From: Nanobdellota archaeon
GTDB lineage: Archaea > Nanobdellota > Nanobdellia > Pacearchaeales > GW2011-AR1
Direction of reading: 5' to 3'
NCBI GenBank assembly: GCA_038045985.1
Contig: JBBSXA010000009.1
Location: 1 to 53,888 of the forward strand
Length of the DNA: 53,888 bases
Shown: positions 25,297 through 35,587 of the stretch, piece by piece
Numbering within the stretch: the stretch's first letter is position 1
Layout of the letters: each line of letters begins with the position of its first letter
Notes under the pieces: generated by a model
What the model saw: the letters and a program-made list of their open reading frames with translations, nothing else
Told to the model about the DNA's origin: nothing
Database searches by the model: none
Position numbers and translations under genes: made by a program

Positions 25297-25770
25297 TCAT
25301 ATTTTACCAAGCCTCATTCTTATTTCCTTAATCTGATTTTCATTCAATTTTCCTAATATTTCCTTGGATTTTGAATGAAAGAAAGGGGCTTTTGCAATAA
25401 TCAAGTCAGAATCAGTTTTTTGCACAACTCTGTCGACATAATATTGAATGGCACTCCTGCAATCAAATGCCTTGTTTATAATTTTTATATCATCTTTATG
25501 GTAAAATTCTGATAAAAACTCTTCCATAAACTTTAATGCGCATGAATGAATCTCACATTTTATTCCAATTTTCATTAAAACAGCATATAAAGAATAATAC
25601 ATTGAATAGTAACAAGCTGAAATTGAAAATCTTAGACTATAATTCTTTTCTCTATTCATTGTTTCTAAGGCATCTTCTGCCATGTTTAGGTAACCTTTTA
25701 CCAAATTATCATTAGGCTCAATTATTTTAATTCCATCTTTTTGCCCGCAACACCATTTTATATTTGCCAT
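25297..25770 (-). CDS. HEPN-domain protein (toxin-like partner of the adjacent nucleotidyltransferase)
   Basis: All-helical 157 aa. Overlaps the upstream MNT gene by 13 nt, the classical HEPN/MNT pairing. The HEPN call rests partly on context. Confidence 0.55.
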   Translation of the reverse strand: MANIKWCCGQKDGIKIIEPNDNLVKGYLNMAEDALETMNREKNYSLRFSISACYYSMYYSLYAVLMKIGIKCEIHSCALKFMEEFLSEFYHKDDIKIINKAFDCRSAIQYYVDRVVQKTDSDLIIAKAPFFHSKSKEILGKLNENQIKEIRMRLGKI

Positions 25771-26318
25771 ATTAATTCTATAAACTCTTCTACACCTTTT
25801 AGTACAATATGATTTTTAATTATTTCTTTAATTAAAACATCTTTTTTATTAACCTTCTTTTTATCAATTTTAACAATATTTATTTTGATCTTATATAACT
25901 GCTCTAAATCTTTTATTTCTTGAATTTTCCCAATAATTAATATGTCTAAATCAGATTTTTCATTAGTTGAAAAATTAGCATAACTGCCAAATATCACAAG
26001 AATTCCATTACTCCTTGATTCAAGTTTATTAAATAGGTCTTTGAATTTTTTATACCTTTCAATGAAATTTATTTTTCTGTTGATTTCAATTAACTTTATT
26101 ATTTCTTTGATATTATGGTTAAGATTATTTAAATAATAATACTTGTTTTTGCCTTCAATAGAGAATTTTAATATGTGTTCTTTTTCCAGCCTAATTAATA
26201 TGTTAGAGACTGTTTTTTGGTTCATCTTTAGCTTTTTGGCAATGTCTCTTCCATAAATCTTTTTATTATAATCTCCCGCAAAATTCTTTAAAACCTCTAA
26301 AACTTTATTATTGAGCAT
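25758..26318 (-). CDS. minimal nucleotidyltransferase (MNT) fused to an N-terminal winged-HTH
   Basis: FGSYANFSTNEKSDLDILIIG equals the GSxxxGx(n)SDxDxL polymerase-beta NTase motif. N-terminal GRDIAKKLKMNQKTVSNILIRLEKEHIL HTH. Confidence 0.7.
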   Translation of the reverse strand: MLNNKVLEVLKNFAGDYNKKIYGRDIAKKLKMNQKTVSNILIRLEKEHILKFSIEGKNKYYYLNNLNHNIKEIIKLIEINRKINFIERYKKFKDLFNKLESRSNGILVIFGSYANFSTNEKSDLDILIIGKIQEIKDLEQLYKIKINIVKIDKKKVNKKDVLIKEIIKNHIVLKGVEEFIELIWQI

Positions 26319-26410
26319 TATATTACTCGTATGAGTAATAAAGTATTTAAATGTTTCTATATCAATTTAACTGAAAAGATTGAAAGATATTTAGGAAGAA
26401 ATTAATTTTC

Positions 26411-26935
26411 CTATCTTTTCTTTTTTCCCAGAAATTTTATTTTTGATGCAATCCCTTTTTTTGACGGGTTATTTTGAGCTGCTTTCTTGTCCAAGATTTC
26501 TTTTTCTTCTTTCGTGATTATTTTGTTGCCTGCCACTATTTCTGCCAGCTGTTTTAATAATTCCTGGATGCTGTCTTTGTCTATTTTGCTTCCTGAATAA
26601 AGGAGCAACGTCATTCTCTCGCAGAATTCTTTTGCTTTTTTGTTATTTTTTCTCTCAAATATTTCGGAAAGCTCGGAGTATTCAGGCGCTCCGCTTACAT
26701 GGAAAGCTTCTCTGAAAAAAGATTTTCCTACTTTGTCAAGATAGTGGAGAGACTCTTCCGGCTTTTCTATATTTACCATGGCAATTTTTTTTATGTAAAG
26801 CTGGTTTGGAGTAAACCTGTGCTGAAGAAATTTTATATGAAGTTTTTTTTCCAGAAAAGTCAGTATTATTAGAAATATTGATATTATTCCTATAAATCCT
26901 AAAAGTATGTAGCCTAAGTTTGAAATGAGAGACAT
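26411..26935 (-). CDS. N-terminally anchored helical protein, unknown function
   Basis: ORF track. One N-terminal TM, a helical Lys/Glu-rich body and a basic tail. Confidence 0.45.
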   Translation of the reverse strand: MSLISNLGYILLGFIGIISIFLIILTFLEKKLHIKFLQHRFTPNQLYIKKIAMVNIEKPEESLHYLDKVGKSFFREAFHVSGAPEYSELSEIFERKNNKKAKEFCERMTLLLYSGSKIDKDSIQELLKQLAEIVAGNKIITKEEKEILDKKAAQNNPSKKGIASKIKFLGKKKR

Positions 26936-27198
26936 TATGAAAACAACCTATGGTTTTTTTCTATTTTCCTCAGATAGTTATTAATGGCAATTTCTGCTCG
27001 ACCATTGGAATTGATATTCATAATTAATTTTTGCCAATTCCAATAATCTCGTTGCCTCCGAGGAAATCGTACTAGGCAGACCTCCTTTATTTTCATATTT
27101 TAGAAATAGCTAGGAAAGTATAAAAAGGTTGCTTTTGAGATTATTTATGGTTTTTTTATTGCAATAATCTTTAAATATCGCTTAATGTTTGCTTGATT

Positions 27199-27618
27199 AT
27201 GGATCAATGCGGAAATGATTTGTCTAGAAAAACTGGGAAAGTATGTACTTTTTTGGAGCTCTGTGGAACGTCTCAAGATTTGGTTTTAGTTCTTTCTGCT
27301 TTAGATAAAAAAAAGGATATTAGAGAGAAATATTCTATTTCTATAGATGATTGCGTAAAACAGGTGGATAGAATTGAACGATATTTGGAAGATCTAAAAA
27401 GCAGCAAGGTTTATCCTCCGGTGCTAAAAGAGGGAGAAGATGAGATTGCTCTTGACTATTTTTTGAAGAGAGGGAATGATTTGAAAGATGTAAGGCTTTC
27501 TTTGATTAATCTAAGAGATAAAAGACCTTTAAGCCAAGATGAATCTAAAGTCTTAATGGACTTTTATGATCATCAGCAGAAATATTGCCTACAAAGGCTC
27601 GATGAGTTGATCCTTTAG
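27199..27618 (+). CDS. hypothetical protein
   Basis: ORF track (tracked TTG 27193; first ATG at 27199). No family recognised. Confidence 0.4.
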   Translation: MDQCGNDLSRKTGKVCTFLELCGTSQDLVLVLSALDKKKDIREKYSISIDDCVKQVDRIERYLEDLKSSKVYPPVLKEGEDEIALDYFLKRGNDLKDVRLSLINLRDKRPLSQDESKVLMDFYDHQQKYCLQRLDELIL

Positions 27619-27699
27619 ATAAGTTTGGCATCAAAACGTTTAAATATCCTACTAAATTATTCACATTAACATAATCCCGGGTGATCTTTGGGTTGCCCG

Positions 27700-28266
27700 A
27701 TGTTTATAATGGAATCTATTCTTTTATTCATTGATGCAGGTTATTTATCTCATATTTCTAAACATTTTGGAAGGAACAAACCATTAAGATATAAAATAGA
27801 AAATTTTGCTGTTAATCTTTGCAAATATTTGAATCTTGATTGTAAAGAAATTTACTTTTATATTGCCCCTCCTTTTCAGAGCCCAAAACCTACGGAGGAA
27901 GAAAATAATAGAAAAGCTAATTATGATAAATTCATCTCTAAATTGAAGAAAGTTTCTCCGAAGATTAATATTCGGGAAGGAAGGTTGCAAAAGATTGACA
28001 ATATTTTCACACAAAAAGGTGTTGATACTTTGATGACAATGGATCTATTGAATGTAAGCCAAAAAAGAGAAACCAAAAATGTTGTTATTATAACTTCAGA
28101 TACAGATTTTGTTCCTATTATAAAACATGTAAAGCAAGATTATGGGATTACAGTTATATTAGCTTATTTTACAGATAGAAAAAGAAAGTCTGCGTTTTCT
28201 ATGTCCAACCATTTATGGAAAGCAGTTGATAAAAAAATTTTAATTAAACCGGAGTTTTTCAGCTAA
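27700..28266 (+). CDS. NYN/LabA-like (DUF88) putative RNase domain protein
   Basis: LFIDAGYL...GVDTLMTMDLL...IITSDTDFVPIIKHVK match the acidic NYN motifs. First ATG is at 27700. Confidence 0.6.
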   Translation: MFIMESILLFIDAGYLSHISKHFGRNKPLRYKIENFAVNLCKYLNLDCKEIYFYIAPPFQSPKPTEEENNRKANYDKFISKLKKVSPKINIREGRLQKIDNIFTQKGVDTLMTMDLLNVSQKRETKNVVIITSDTDFVPIIKHVKQDYGITVILAYFTDRKRKSAFSMSNHLWKAVDKKILIKPEFFS

Positions 28267-28267
28267 A

Positions 28268-29455
28268 ATGCTAATCGGTCTTGTTGGAAAGCCGTCTGTT
28301 GGGAAAAGCACTTTTTTTAAAGCTGCTACTCTGGCAGAGGTTGAAATTGCCTCTTATCCTTTTACTACAATAAAGCCAAATCACGGAATAGGATATGTCA
28401 GAGTTTCCTGTATTGACAAAGAGTTTAATGTTAAGTGCCATCCCAGCCATGGATTTTGCATAAATGGAGAGAGGTTTGTCCCTGTTGAGCTGATGGATGT
28501 TGCCGGCTTAGTGCCTGGAGCTTCTGAAGGAAAAGGGCTTGGAAACCAGTTTTTGGATGATTTAAGGAAAGCAGATGTTTTTGTTCATATTGTTGATGTT
28601 TCCGGAACAACTGATGAAGAAGGCAAGTTTCTTGAGAACAAGGAGCATGATGTATTGAAGGATGTGGCTTTTCTTGGAAGAGAGCTTGATTTATGGTATT
28701 ATAATATTTTGTCAAAAGTCTGGAAGACTTTCTCAAGGCAGTTAGAGACGGGGCAAGAAGTTAATTACGCAAGGGCGATTGCAAAGCAGTTTTCAGGATT
28801 AGGGGTTACAGAAGAGCAATCAAAAAAAGTTTTGAGGCAGTTTTCATCAGAGAAATTAAGCTCTTGGAAAGAAGAAGAGCTCTTCAAATTTGCATCTCTT
28901 CTTAGAGAAGAAAGCAAGCCAATGATTATCGCAGCTAATAAAATTGACACTGAAAAAGGCAGAGACAATTATCTTAGATTAAAAAAAGCTTTTCCTGATA
29001 TAATGATTGTGCCTTGCAGCGCTGACTCTGAGCTTGCGTTAAGGCAGGCCGCTAAGACTGGAATTATTGAGTATGTTCCCGGAGACAGGAATTTTAAAAT
29101 TGTAAAAGAGCTTAAGGAAAGGCAGAAAGAAGTGCTTGAAAGCATAAAGAAGGATATATTAGATATTTACAATGGTACTGGAGTTCAGCAATTGTTGAAT
29201 TCTGCTGTCTTTGATTTTCTTAAATACATAGCTATATTTCCTGCTGGAGCAAGCAAGCTGGCTGACAGCAAAGGCAATATTCTGCCTGATTGTTTTTTAC
29301 TACCTCCTGGCTCAACAGCTCTGGATTTTGCTTTTTTTCTTCACACAGATTTTGGGAAAAACTTCATAAAGGCAATTGATGCCAGAAGCAAAAGGTCTCT
29401 GGGAAAAGATTATGTTTTGAAGAACAGGGATGCGTTGGAGATCGTTACTAGATAA
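28268..29455 (+). CDS. YchF/Obg-family translation-associated GTPase with C-terminal TGS domain
   Basis: GLVGKPSVGKSTFF (G1), YPFTTI (G2), DVAGLV (G3), NKID (G4). TGS-like end GKDYVLKNRDALEIV. Confidence 0.85.
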   Translation: MLIGLVGKPSVGKSTFFKAATLAEVEIASYPFTTIKPNHGIGYVRVSCIDKEFNVKCHPSHGFCINGERFVPVELMDVAGLVPGASEGKGLGNQFLDDLRKADVFVHIVDVSGTTDEEGKFLENKEHDVLKDVAFLGRELDLWYYNILSKVWKTFSRQLETGQEVNYARAIAKQFSGLGVTEEQSKKVLRQFSSEKLSSWKEEELFKFASLLREESKPMIIAANKIDTEKGRDNYLRLKKAFPDIMIVPCSADSELALRQAAKTGIIEYVPGDRNFKIVKELKERQKEVLESIKKDILDIYNGTGVQQLLNSAVFDFLKYIAIFPAGASKLADSKGNILPDCFLLPPGSTALDFAFFLHTDFGKNFIKAIDARSKRSLGKDYVLKNRDALEIVTR

Positions 29456-29459
29456 ATAA

Positions 29460-29849
29460 TTATGTAGAATCTGGAAATAGTTTTATCAGTGGTTTTCTGT
29501 CTTTTAATATTTCTTTAATTTCAGCAACAGACATTTTTCTCGTTGCTTTATTAGTCTCAACTTCTAATTGAGAAACTCTTTCTTTAGGTAAATAAAATAA
29601 ACAACCTATTGCTCCTGCTGGAAACCATGCTCGGCCATATGCATCTTTAAAAGTTGTATAATCTCTTGAATTTTCTATTAAAATACTAAAACCCTCGTCT
29701 TGTGTAAAAGGAAATAAAAATCCAACTAGACTTTTACTTTCATCTACAAGAGGCTTTTTCTTTAATATATGTCCGTATTCAGTTTGGGATATTAGTTCCC
29801 CTTCTTCTAAAACTTTTTTTGGATCTAAGAAATGATATTCTTTTGCCAT
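29460..29849 (-). CDS. hypothetical protein
   Basis: ORF track. Divergent from the giant beta-helix gene. No family recognised. Confidence 0.4.
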   Translation of the reverse strand: MAKEYHFLDPKKVLEEGELISQTEYGHILKKKPLVDESKSLVGFLFPFTQDEGFSILIENSRDYTTFKDAYGRAWFPAGAIGCLFYLPKERVSQLEVETNKATRKMSVAEIKEILKDRKPLIKLFPDST

Positions 29850-29927
29850 ATTTATTGAGTTGGTTAGTAATTTATAAACATTTGTATGCTAGATTTCAAT
29901 TTTTCTTTTGAATCATCGACTTTAAAT

Positions 29928-30038
29928 AGTTACAGCACATTAAACCTTTTAGGAAAAGGTTTCCAAAATGAACCTTTAGAAAAGGTTCCCAAATGTTTAG
30001 GGGGAAAGGTTTTCAAAATAAGAGGTTTTTAAAAAGTG
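29928..30038. promoter_or_regulatory. array of palindromes AACCTTT-N3-AAAGGTT and four degenerate tandem units GRAAAGGTTYYCAAAATG ending at the GTG start
   Basis: Palindromes at 29942-29962 and 29970-29988. Units at 29953-29970, 29979-29995, 30003-30020 and 30021-30038. Confidence 0.6.
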
Positions 30039-33000
30039 GTGTACGAACGTTATATTTATAGAAACGGAAAGAAATTTGGTCCGTATTATTATCATACCTA
30101 CAGAGATAAAGATGGAAAAACTCATTCTAGATATGTTGAACATCATGAGTTACAGCACGCTAAACCTTTTGGAAAGGTTTCCAAACCATTTTTTTCCCAT
30201 ACCCAATCTCTTAATTTTGGAAAACACAAAACACTTTTTGTTTTGCTTGCCGCAATTTTTGCTATAATATTTACTGTTATTTTTTTGAACTACCAATTTT
30301 CCGGAAAAGAAGTTAAGTATGAAAAATCTGATTCTTTGATTTCAAGCATTGGAAAAGGAATTTATTCTTTTGTTACTGGCTTAACTTCAGATACTCCTGA
30401 AGAGCCTAGTGCAGGGGGTGTTACAAGCGATGGAAGTTTAGCCAGTGATTCAGGCTCTGTAAATTCTGCTCCAGATGAATCTTCTGACGTTGGCTCTAGT
30501 GAAACATTTGCATCTGGAGAGTCAACTCAAGAAGTTCAACCAGAGACCATTCCTGAAATTGCAACTGATGATGGTTCAAGTGATGCAGTGAATGAAACAA
30601 CTGAAGAAATAAATGAAACTGATGTTAATATTGATAATGAAACAACGCAAAATGAGATAATTGGAAATATTACTAATCAGCCTGCCTTAGGGGAAGACAG
30701 TATGGTTGTAAAGGTTAATGTGACAAATCAAACAATCTCAAATGAGACTTCTATCAATGAATCTACGGCAAATATTACCGAGTCTAACCTGACAGTTGTT
30801 GAAAATATGACTAACGTTACTGTCGTGAATGAGACGATTAATATTACAACTCAAGTGTCTATTAAACAATACAGCGCTGTTCTTGGAAAGCCTGTAAAAT
30901 GGGAGAAAAAAGTTGTAATAGGCATTGAAGGGGCAAACTCCACTGAAAACTTAGTTATTGATTTGCCAAAAGAGGCAGGCAATGTTTCTGTTAAAAAGAT
31001 AAGGGATGGTGTTGAGGAGGAGGTCGATGTTTTTGTTTCTGATATAAATGAGATAAAAGAGGTCGAACCTACACAAAAAGAAGCTGTTGAACAAGAGGGG
31101 AATATTTTTACAGGCACTTTTAGTTTCTTCTTAAATTTCTTTAGAAGCATGACTGCGAGAGTTGTTGATATTCAGAAAGAAAGCGATTCTGTTAAAGTAG
31201 ATGTTCAGGAAACTTTGGAAGATAAAGATGAACTAGTTGTAGAATATTATACTGATGCTCCTTACTCTGTTGAAGAAGAATCAGGCAGGGGGAAAAAAGT
31301 CTTTGTTGTTTCTCCTAGTGAAGTTGATTATGAGAATGTTTTGATATTTACAGAGTTGAATGAATCTTTGAACATTAAATCTTCAGGTAGTGTAACTGTT
31401 TATTGGGAGGAAAATAAAACTTACATCCCTATAGAAAGCATTCAGGATTTAAATCAAAATGGAATCTATGATTATATTGAATGGGTTGCACCTCATTTGA
31501 GCAACCAGACTTTTACTATTATTGTTATAGTGAAAGCAGAACATCTTGATTCAAATAAGAATTTTATAAGCAATATTTATGAAAGTGTTAAAGAGCTTGA
31601 TGGAAACTGGAGTGAAGCAATACCTTCTCAGCATTATGTCAGAGTCACCTTTGAGAAAAACCTTACTTATGAAAATGATATAACAATCTATCCAAGAATT
31701 GTGAATGGAACGCCTAGAATAGAAGTTTATGAAAAAAATAAAACGGAAATAATTGCTGAGTTTGGTAGTGTAACTGAAAATGAATATAATAAAGTTTATC
31801 TAACAGGATTGAATGAAAGCCAGGATACTTTTGATTTGAGAATCTTGGATGGAGAGTTGGAGTTTGACCATATTATTGATCCTACTGCAGGACCTAACTC
31901 TTCAACTTTTGACACTACTATAAGACCAACTTCTTGCGGTGGAGAAGATAGAAATGCAGGCAATGATTTTTCAGATGCTTGTGATGGAACTTATCCAAAT
32001 TCCACTTGTGGTAATGGAGGGGATCTTGTGAGTTGCAATGATGCTTTTAACGAGACGATGCTTTTTTCACAAATAGGCGGCCAGGAATTTGCAGGAATTA
32101 AAGTAAATATTTCTAATTCTTCAATAACTAACTGTGGAAGAATTGATAAGGTTTTTGCTTGTTTTGAATGGTGGATAACTTCAGGTTCTGGCACTAGCTG
32201 CAGGGTTACTGTTTCTAATGGAACAACAGAGTCTGATGTAAATACCACCTGCCCTACAACAACTGCTAATCCTGGCGTTTATTGTCAAGATGTCACTTCT
32301 AATTTAACATGGACTTGCGGTAATTTTTTTCAGATTACAAGCGAGTCTTATATTGAAAGTGAAGTTAGGCACAATTCTGGTTTTTCTAAAACAGCTAATT
32401 GGGATGTGCTTTATTATAATATTAGCTATACAAACAATCCTCCTAATGTAACTTTGTTATCTCCTGCAAATGCAGCAAGTTTGTATGGCTCAACAAATTT
32501 GTCTTTTAGCTGCAATGTTACGGATGATAAAGACATTGTCAATGTAACTCTTTATGGAAATTGGTCAGGTGGATGGCATGCAAACCAGACAGCAAGTCTC
32601 ACAGGCGCTCCCAACGTTTCTGTCAATGTGTCTTTTAATGTCAGCGTTTTGCCTACCGGAAATTATTTATGGAACTGTTTGGCTTATGATAATGATTCAC
32701 TAGCAGATTGGGCAGATTCAAACAGGACTTTTACATTTGACCAATGCTCTTTGACGCAAGTTTCTTCAAGCACGACTTTGACTTCTGACAATTGCGAGTA
32801 TTATAATGTTACAGCCAACAATCTTGTTTTTGACTGCGCGAATTATAAAATTTATGGAGAGAATACAGACACTTTTTGGGGGATTCAAGCTACAAACAGA
32901 GATAATTTAACAATTAAAAATTGCAGAATGGAGCAATATGCAAAAGTAGTTTTATTTAATTCAACAAATAATTCTCTAATAACGAACTCAACGCTTTATA

Positions 33001-35432
33001 ACAACAGCCATATTAATGTGACAAGTGTTTTGACTTACGGAATTTATTTTGATAAAGCTCATAATAATACTGTTAACACTACCAACATAACAAAACTTTG
33101 GAGCAATTCAACGAGTAATGCAACTTGTTATTCTGGAAGCCTTTATGCTTTCTATATAACTGGCTCCAACAACACTCTTTTTAATAATTCAATAGTGAAT
33201 GATATTAATGGCCAGTATTATGGGATTCAGGATGAGGTCTGTTCTGCAGGATATACTACTATAGGAGAAGGAATTTATACTCCGGCTAGCGGTTATTCAG
33301 ACAACATTGATGTTTTGAATTCAAATCTTTCAAGTATTTATAACACAGTTATTTATTTGGATAATAACTCTGATGTTTTAATAAATAATTCAAGAATTAG
33401 CTATGCCATGACTCTTGTGCGTATAGGTCCCGCAAGCAAGATTGTTAATATTTCAAACAGCCAGCTTAATTATAGCACTTCTACGGCAGTAAGTGTACTT
33501 TCTGGAATGTCCGGCAAACTATTAATAAATAATAATCAAATTCATCATCATTCAAGCGCTACTGCTGTAGGAATAAGCATTATTTCTGATGTGACTAATG
33601 GGGCGGATATTATTGGAAATACTTTTTCAAATATCTCTTCAAATTATATTGAAACTCGGTCTGATAATTCTAACATAAGCAATAATTTTTTTAGAGATAC
33701 GCCATCAGGATTTGCATCTAGCGGTATTCTTATTGAACCGCAGGCGGCTTCCGCATTTTTGAGCAATAACACATTCTTTAATTTTGGAAATTCATTGAAC
33801 TCTTATGCTGTGAGAATTCGCGCCGTGGCCAACGCCTCTTATTTTAACATCACTAACTGCGGAGTCGGATTTCTTATAGACACTTCTATTGTTAATTCCA
33901 GTGTTTGGAATTCGACAATAACTAACTGCACTAAGGATTTTTCAATAAATACTGGGGCAGATAATTTTGAGCTTTATAATGTTACATTCAATAAGTCAAG
34001 GGCTGATTTCCAAAGTGACGGAAGCGGTTTTATGGAAGTATTTTATCAGTACAGAACAAATGTAACAAACCAAAATTTAGCTGCGGTTAATTTGGCAGAT
34101 GTTAGTATCAAAAATGTTTCTGGAACACAAATTTCAGATGCTCAGCTTACAGATGCTAATGGTTTAACTAATTATGAATGGGTTATGGAATACATTCAAA
34201 AAGGAGATGCGAATTATACTTCCGGATGCACTGGCTCAACTTTTTACATAAACTGCTCAACTCCTCATAATGTGACTGCTTCCAAAACAGGATATTCTAC
34301 AAACTCTACAAATATTACAATAGACCAGTCAAAGACAGCTTGGATTATGATAGAAAGCCCTTTTATTTTGGCCTATGTCCCAACAACAATTAATTTTTCA
34401 ATTGTTGAAAACAATAACCAGACATTCAGCATTACTTATACTAATGCCAGCGCTGTGACGATTAGGTGGTTTGTCAATGATACTGAACAAACTGGCTCAA
34501 CCAATTCAAGCCAGTATATTTGGGTTGGAAATTTCTCACAGCAAGGGTTTTATAGGATTAAAGTTAATTTAACAGATTCTAATGGGGCATTTGATGAGCA
34601 GATTTGGTGGATGACTGTAAATAATACTTATCCAACAGTTGATTTGAATTTAACTTACCCTGTGGGAAACTTGAACGCAACTCAAAACCAGTTTTTTAAT
34701 GTGACGCTTAATGTTACCTGCAGGACAGCTGATTGCGGAACTATTAATCTAAGCTTGTTTTCTAATAATAGTTTGGTTAATACGACAACTGGAGCAATGC
34801 CTTATTATACAAATATGTCTAATCCTTATACAACAGTTAATTTGAATTTCAGCAATTCGCAAATTGTTAATTTCTGGGTGAATGCAACTGGAAATATAAA
34901 TTATAATTCAACTTTTGTTGCAAATGCAAATTTGACAGATAATACTTCCATAAGCAATGCAACAAGCGCTTTTAATGTTACAATTGTCAGTCCGTCGTTT
35001 TCTGTTTCTATTTCGCTTTCTTCAAGGCTTTCTCAGCAGATAAATTGGACTTTAACAAGCCTCCCTGCCTATAATCAATCTGCACAAGGAAATAATGGAA
35101 CTGGGTTGACTGAATATTATGTTGATATCCAGGTTGAAGGCGGGACAGCTGATATATACGTGAAGGCTAATGATAATCTTACGACTCCTGGAGGAGATAT
35201 TTTGGGAATTGGAAATGAAACTTACAGCTATAATTATACCAACTTAAGCGTGCCTAGTGACATAAAAACTTCTTTAACAACAAATTATTCTGATAACAAA
35301 ATTGGAAATGCAATGAATAATGGCAGCGTTATTTACTTGAAATTTTTCCTGAATGCTCCTGCAGGACAGGCTGCTGGAACTTACAATAACAGCCTGTTGT
35401 TTAAAGCAGTTCAAACAGGGCAAAGCCCTTAA
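30036..35432 (+). CDS. giant surface protein: cytoplasmic N-tail, TM, acidic Ser/Thr-rich stalk, parallel beta-helix region, Ig-like modules, fibre-subunit-like C-terminal domain
   Basis: GTG start. TM at LFVLLAAIFAIIFTVIFL. PbH1-type repeats (NNSLITNSTLYNNSHINVTS, NISNSQLNYSTS, INNNQIHHHSS). The last ~150 aa are homologous to the next gene product. Confidence 0.8.
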   Translation: MVYERYIYRNGKKFGPYYYHTYRDKDGKTHSRYVEHHELQHAKPFGKVSKPFFSHTQSLNFGKHKTLFVLLAAIFAIIFTVIFLNYQFSGKEVKYEKSDSLISSIGKGIYSFVTGLTSDTPEEPSAGGVTSDGSLASDSGSVNSAPDESSDVGSSETFASGESTQEVQPETIPEIATDDGSSDAVNETTEEINETDVNIDNETTQNEIIGNITNQPALGEDSMVVKVNVTNQTISNETSINESTANITESNLTVVENMTNVTVVNETINITTQVSIKQYSAVLGKPVKWEKKVVIGIEGANSTENLVIDLPKEAGNVSVKKIRDGVEEEVDVFVSDINEIKEVEPTQKEAVEQEGNIFTGTFSFFLNFFRSMTARVVDIQKESDSVKVDVQETLEDKDELVVEYYTDAPYSVEEESGRGKKVFVVSPSEVDYENVLIFTELNESLNIKSSGSVTVYWEENKTYIPIESIQDLNQNGIYDYIEWVAPHLSNQTFTIIVIVKAEHLDSNKNFISNIYESVKELDGNWSEAIPSQHYVRVTFEKNLTYENDITIYPRIVNGTPRIEVYEKNKTEIIAEFGSVTENEYNKVYLTGLNESQDTFDLRILDGELEFDHIIDPTAGPNSSTFDTTIRPTSCGGEDRNAGNDFSDACDGTYPNSTCGNGGDLVSCNDAFNETMLFSQIGGQEFAGIKVNISNSSITNCGRIDKVFACFEWWITSGSGTSCRVTVSNGTTESDVNTTCPTTTANPGVYCQDVTSNLTWTCGNFFQITSESYIESEVRHNSGFSKTANWDVLYYNISYTNNPPNVTLLSPANAASLYGSTNLSFSCNVTDDKDIVNVTLYGNWSGGWHANQTASLTGAPNVSVNVSFNVSVLPTGNYLWNCLAYDNDSLADWADSNRTFTFDQCSLTQVSSSTTLTSDNCEYYNVTANNLVFDCANYKIYGENTDTFWGIQATNRDNLTIKNCRMEQYAKVVLFNSTNNSLITNSTLYNNSHINVTSVLTYGIYFDKAHNNTVNTTNITKLWSNSTSNATCYSGSLYAFYITGSNNTLFNNSIVNDINGQYYGIQDEVCSAGYTTIGEGIYTPASGYSDNIDVLNSNLSSIYNTVIYLDNNSDVLINNSRISYAMTLVRIGPASKIVNISNSQLNYSTSTAVSVLSGMSGKLLINNNQIHHHSSATAVGISIISDVTNGADIIGNTFSNISSNYIETRSDNSNISNNFFRDTPSGFASSGILIEPQAASAFLSNNTFFNFGNSLNSYAVRIRAVANASYFNITNCGVGFLIDTSIVNSSVWNSTITNCTKDFSINTGADNFELYNVTFNKSRADFQSDGSGFMEVFYQYRTNVTNQNLAAVNLADVSIKNVSGTQISDAQLTDANGLTNYEWVMEYIQKGDANYTSGCTGSTFYINCSTPHNVTASKTGYSTNSTNITIDQSKTAWIMIESPFILAYVPTTINFSIVENNNQTFSITYTNASAVTIRWFVNDTEQTGSTNSSQYIWVGNFSQQGFYRIKVNLTDSNGAFDEQIWWMTVNNTYPTVDLNLTYPVGNLNATQNQFFNVTLNVTCRTADCGTINLSLFSNNSLVNTTTGAMPYYTNMSNPYTTVNLNFSNSQIVNFWVNATGNINYNSTFVANANLTDNTSISNATSAFNVTIVSPSFSVSISLSSRLSQQINWTLTSLPAYNQSAQGNNGTGLTEYYVDIQVEGGTADIYVKANDNLTTPGGDILGIGNETYSYNYTNLSVPSDIKTSLTTNYSDNKIGNAMNNGSVIYLKFFLNAPAGQAAGTYNNSLLFKAVQTGQSP

Positions 35433-35460
35433 GCTTTTAACAATTTGTCTTGTTTTTAGC

Positions 35461-35492
35461 AATTATTTTTTAATAATTTTTTTATTTTTTCT
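35461..35492 (+). terminator. T-rich tract downstream of the giant gene (candidate archaeal oligo-T terminator)
   Basis: aattattttttaataatttttttattttttct, 30 nt after the stop codon. Confidence 0.3.
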
Positions 35493-35587
35493 ATACCTAC
35501 TTTGAAATTTTGCTATTTTTAATTTTCTGACGGTTCTGATGAAATCTTTATAATAATCTTTATAAAGTAGAGAGCTTAGTATTTGTT

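Noticed and set aside
26936-27020. 28-aa minus-strand upstream ORF ending in TAATG at the start of the 26411-26935 gene.
   Set aside because: It is too short, has no recognisable signal, and overlaps the inverted repeat. It is more likely a non-coding leader.
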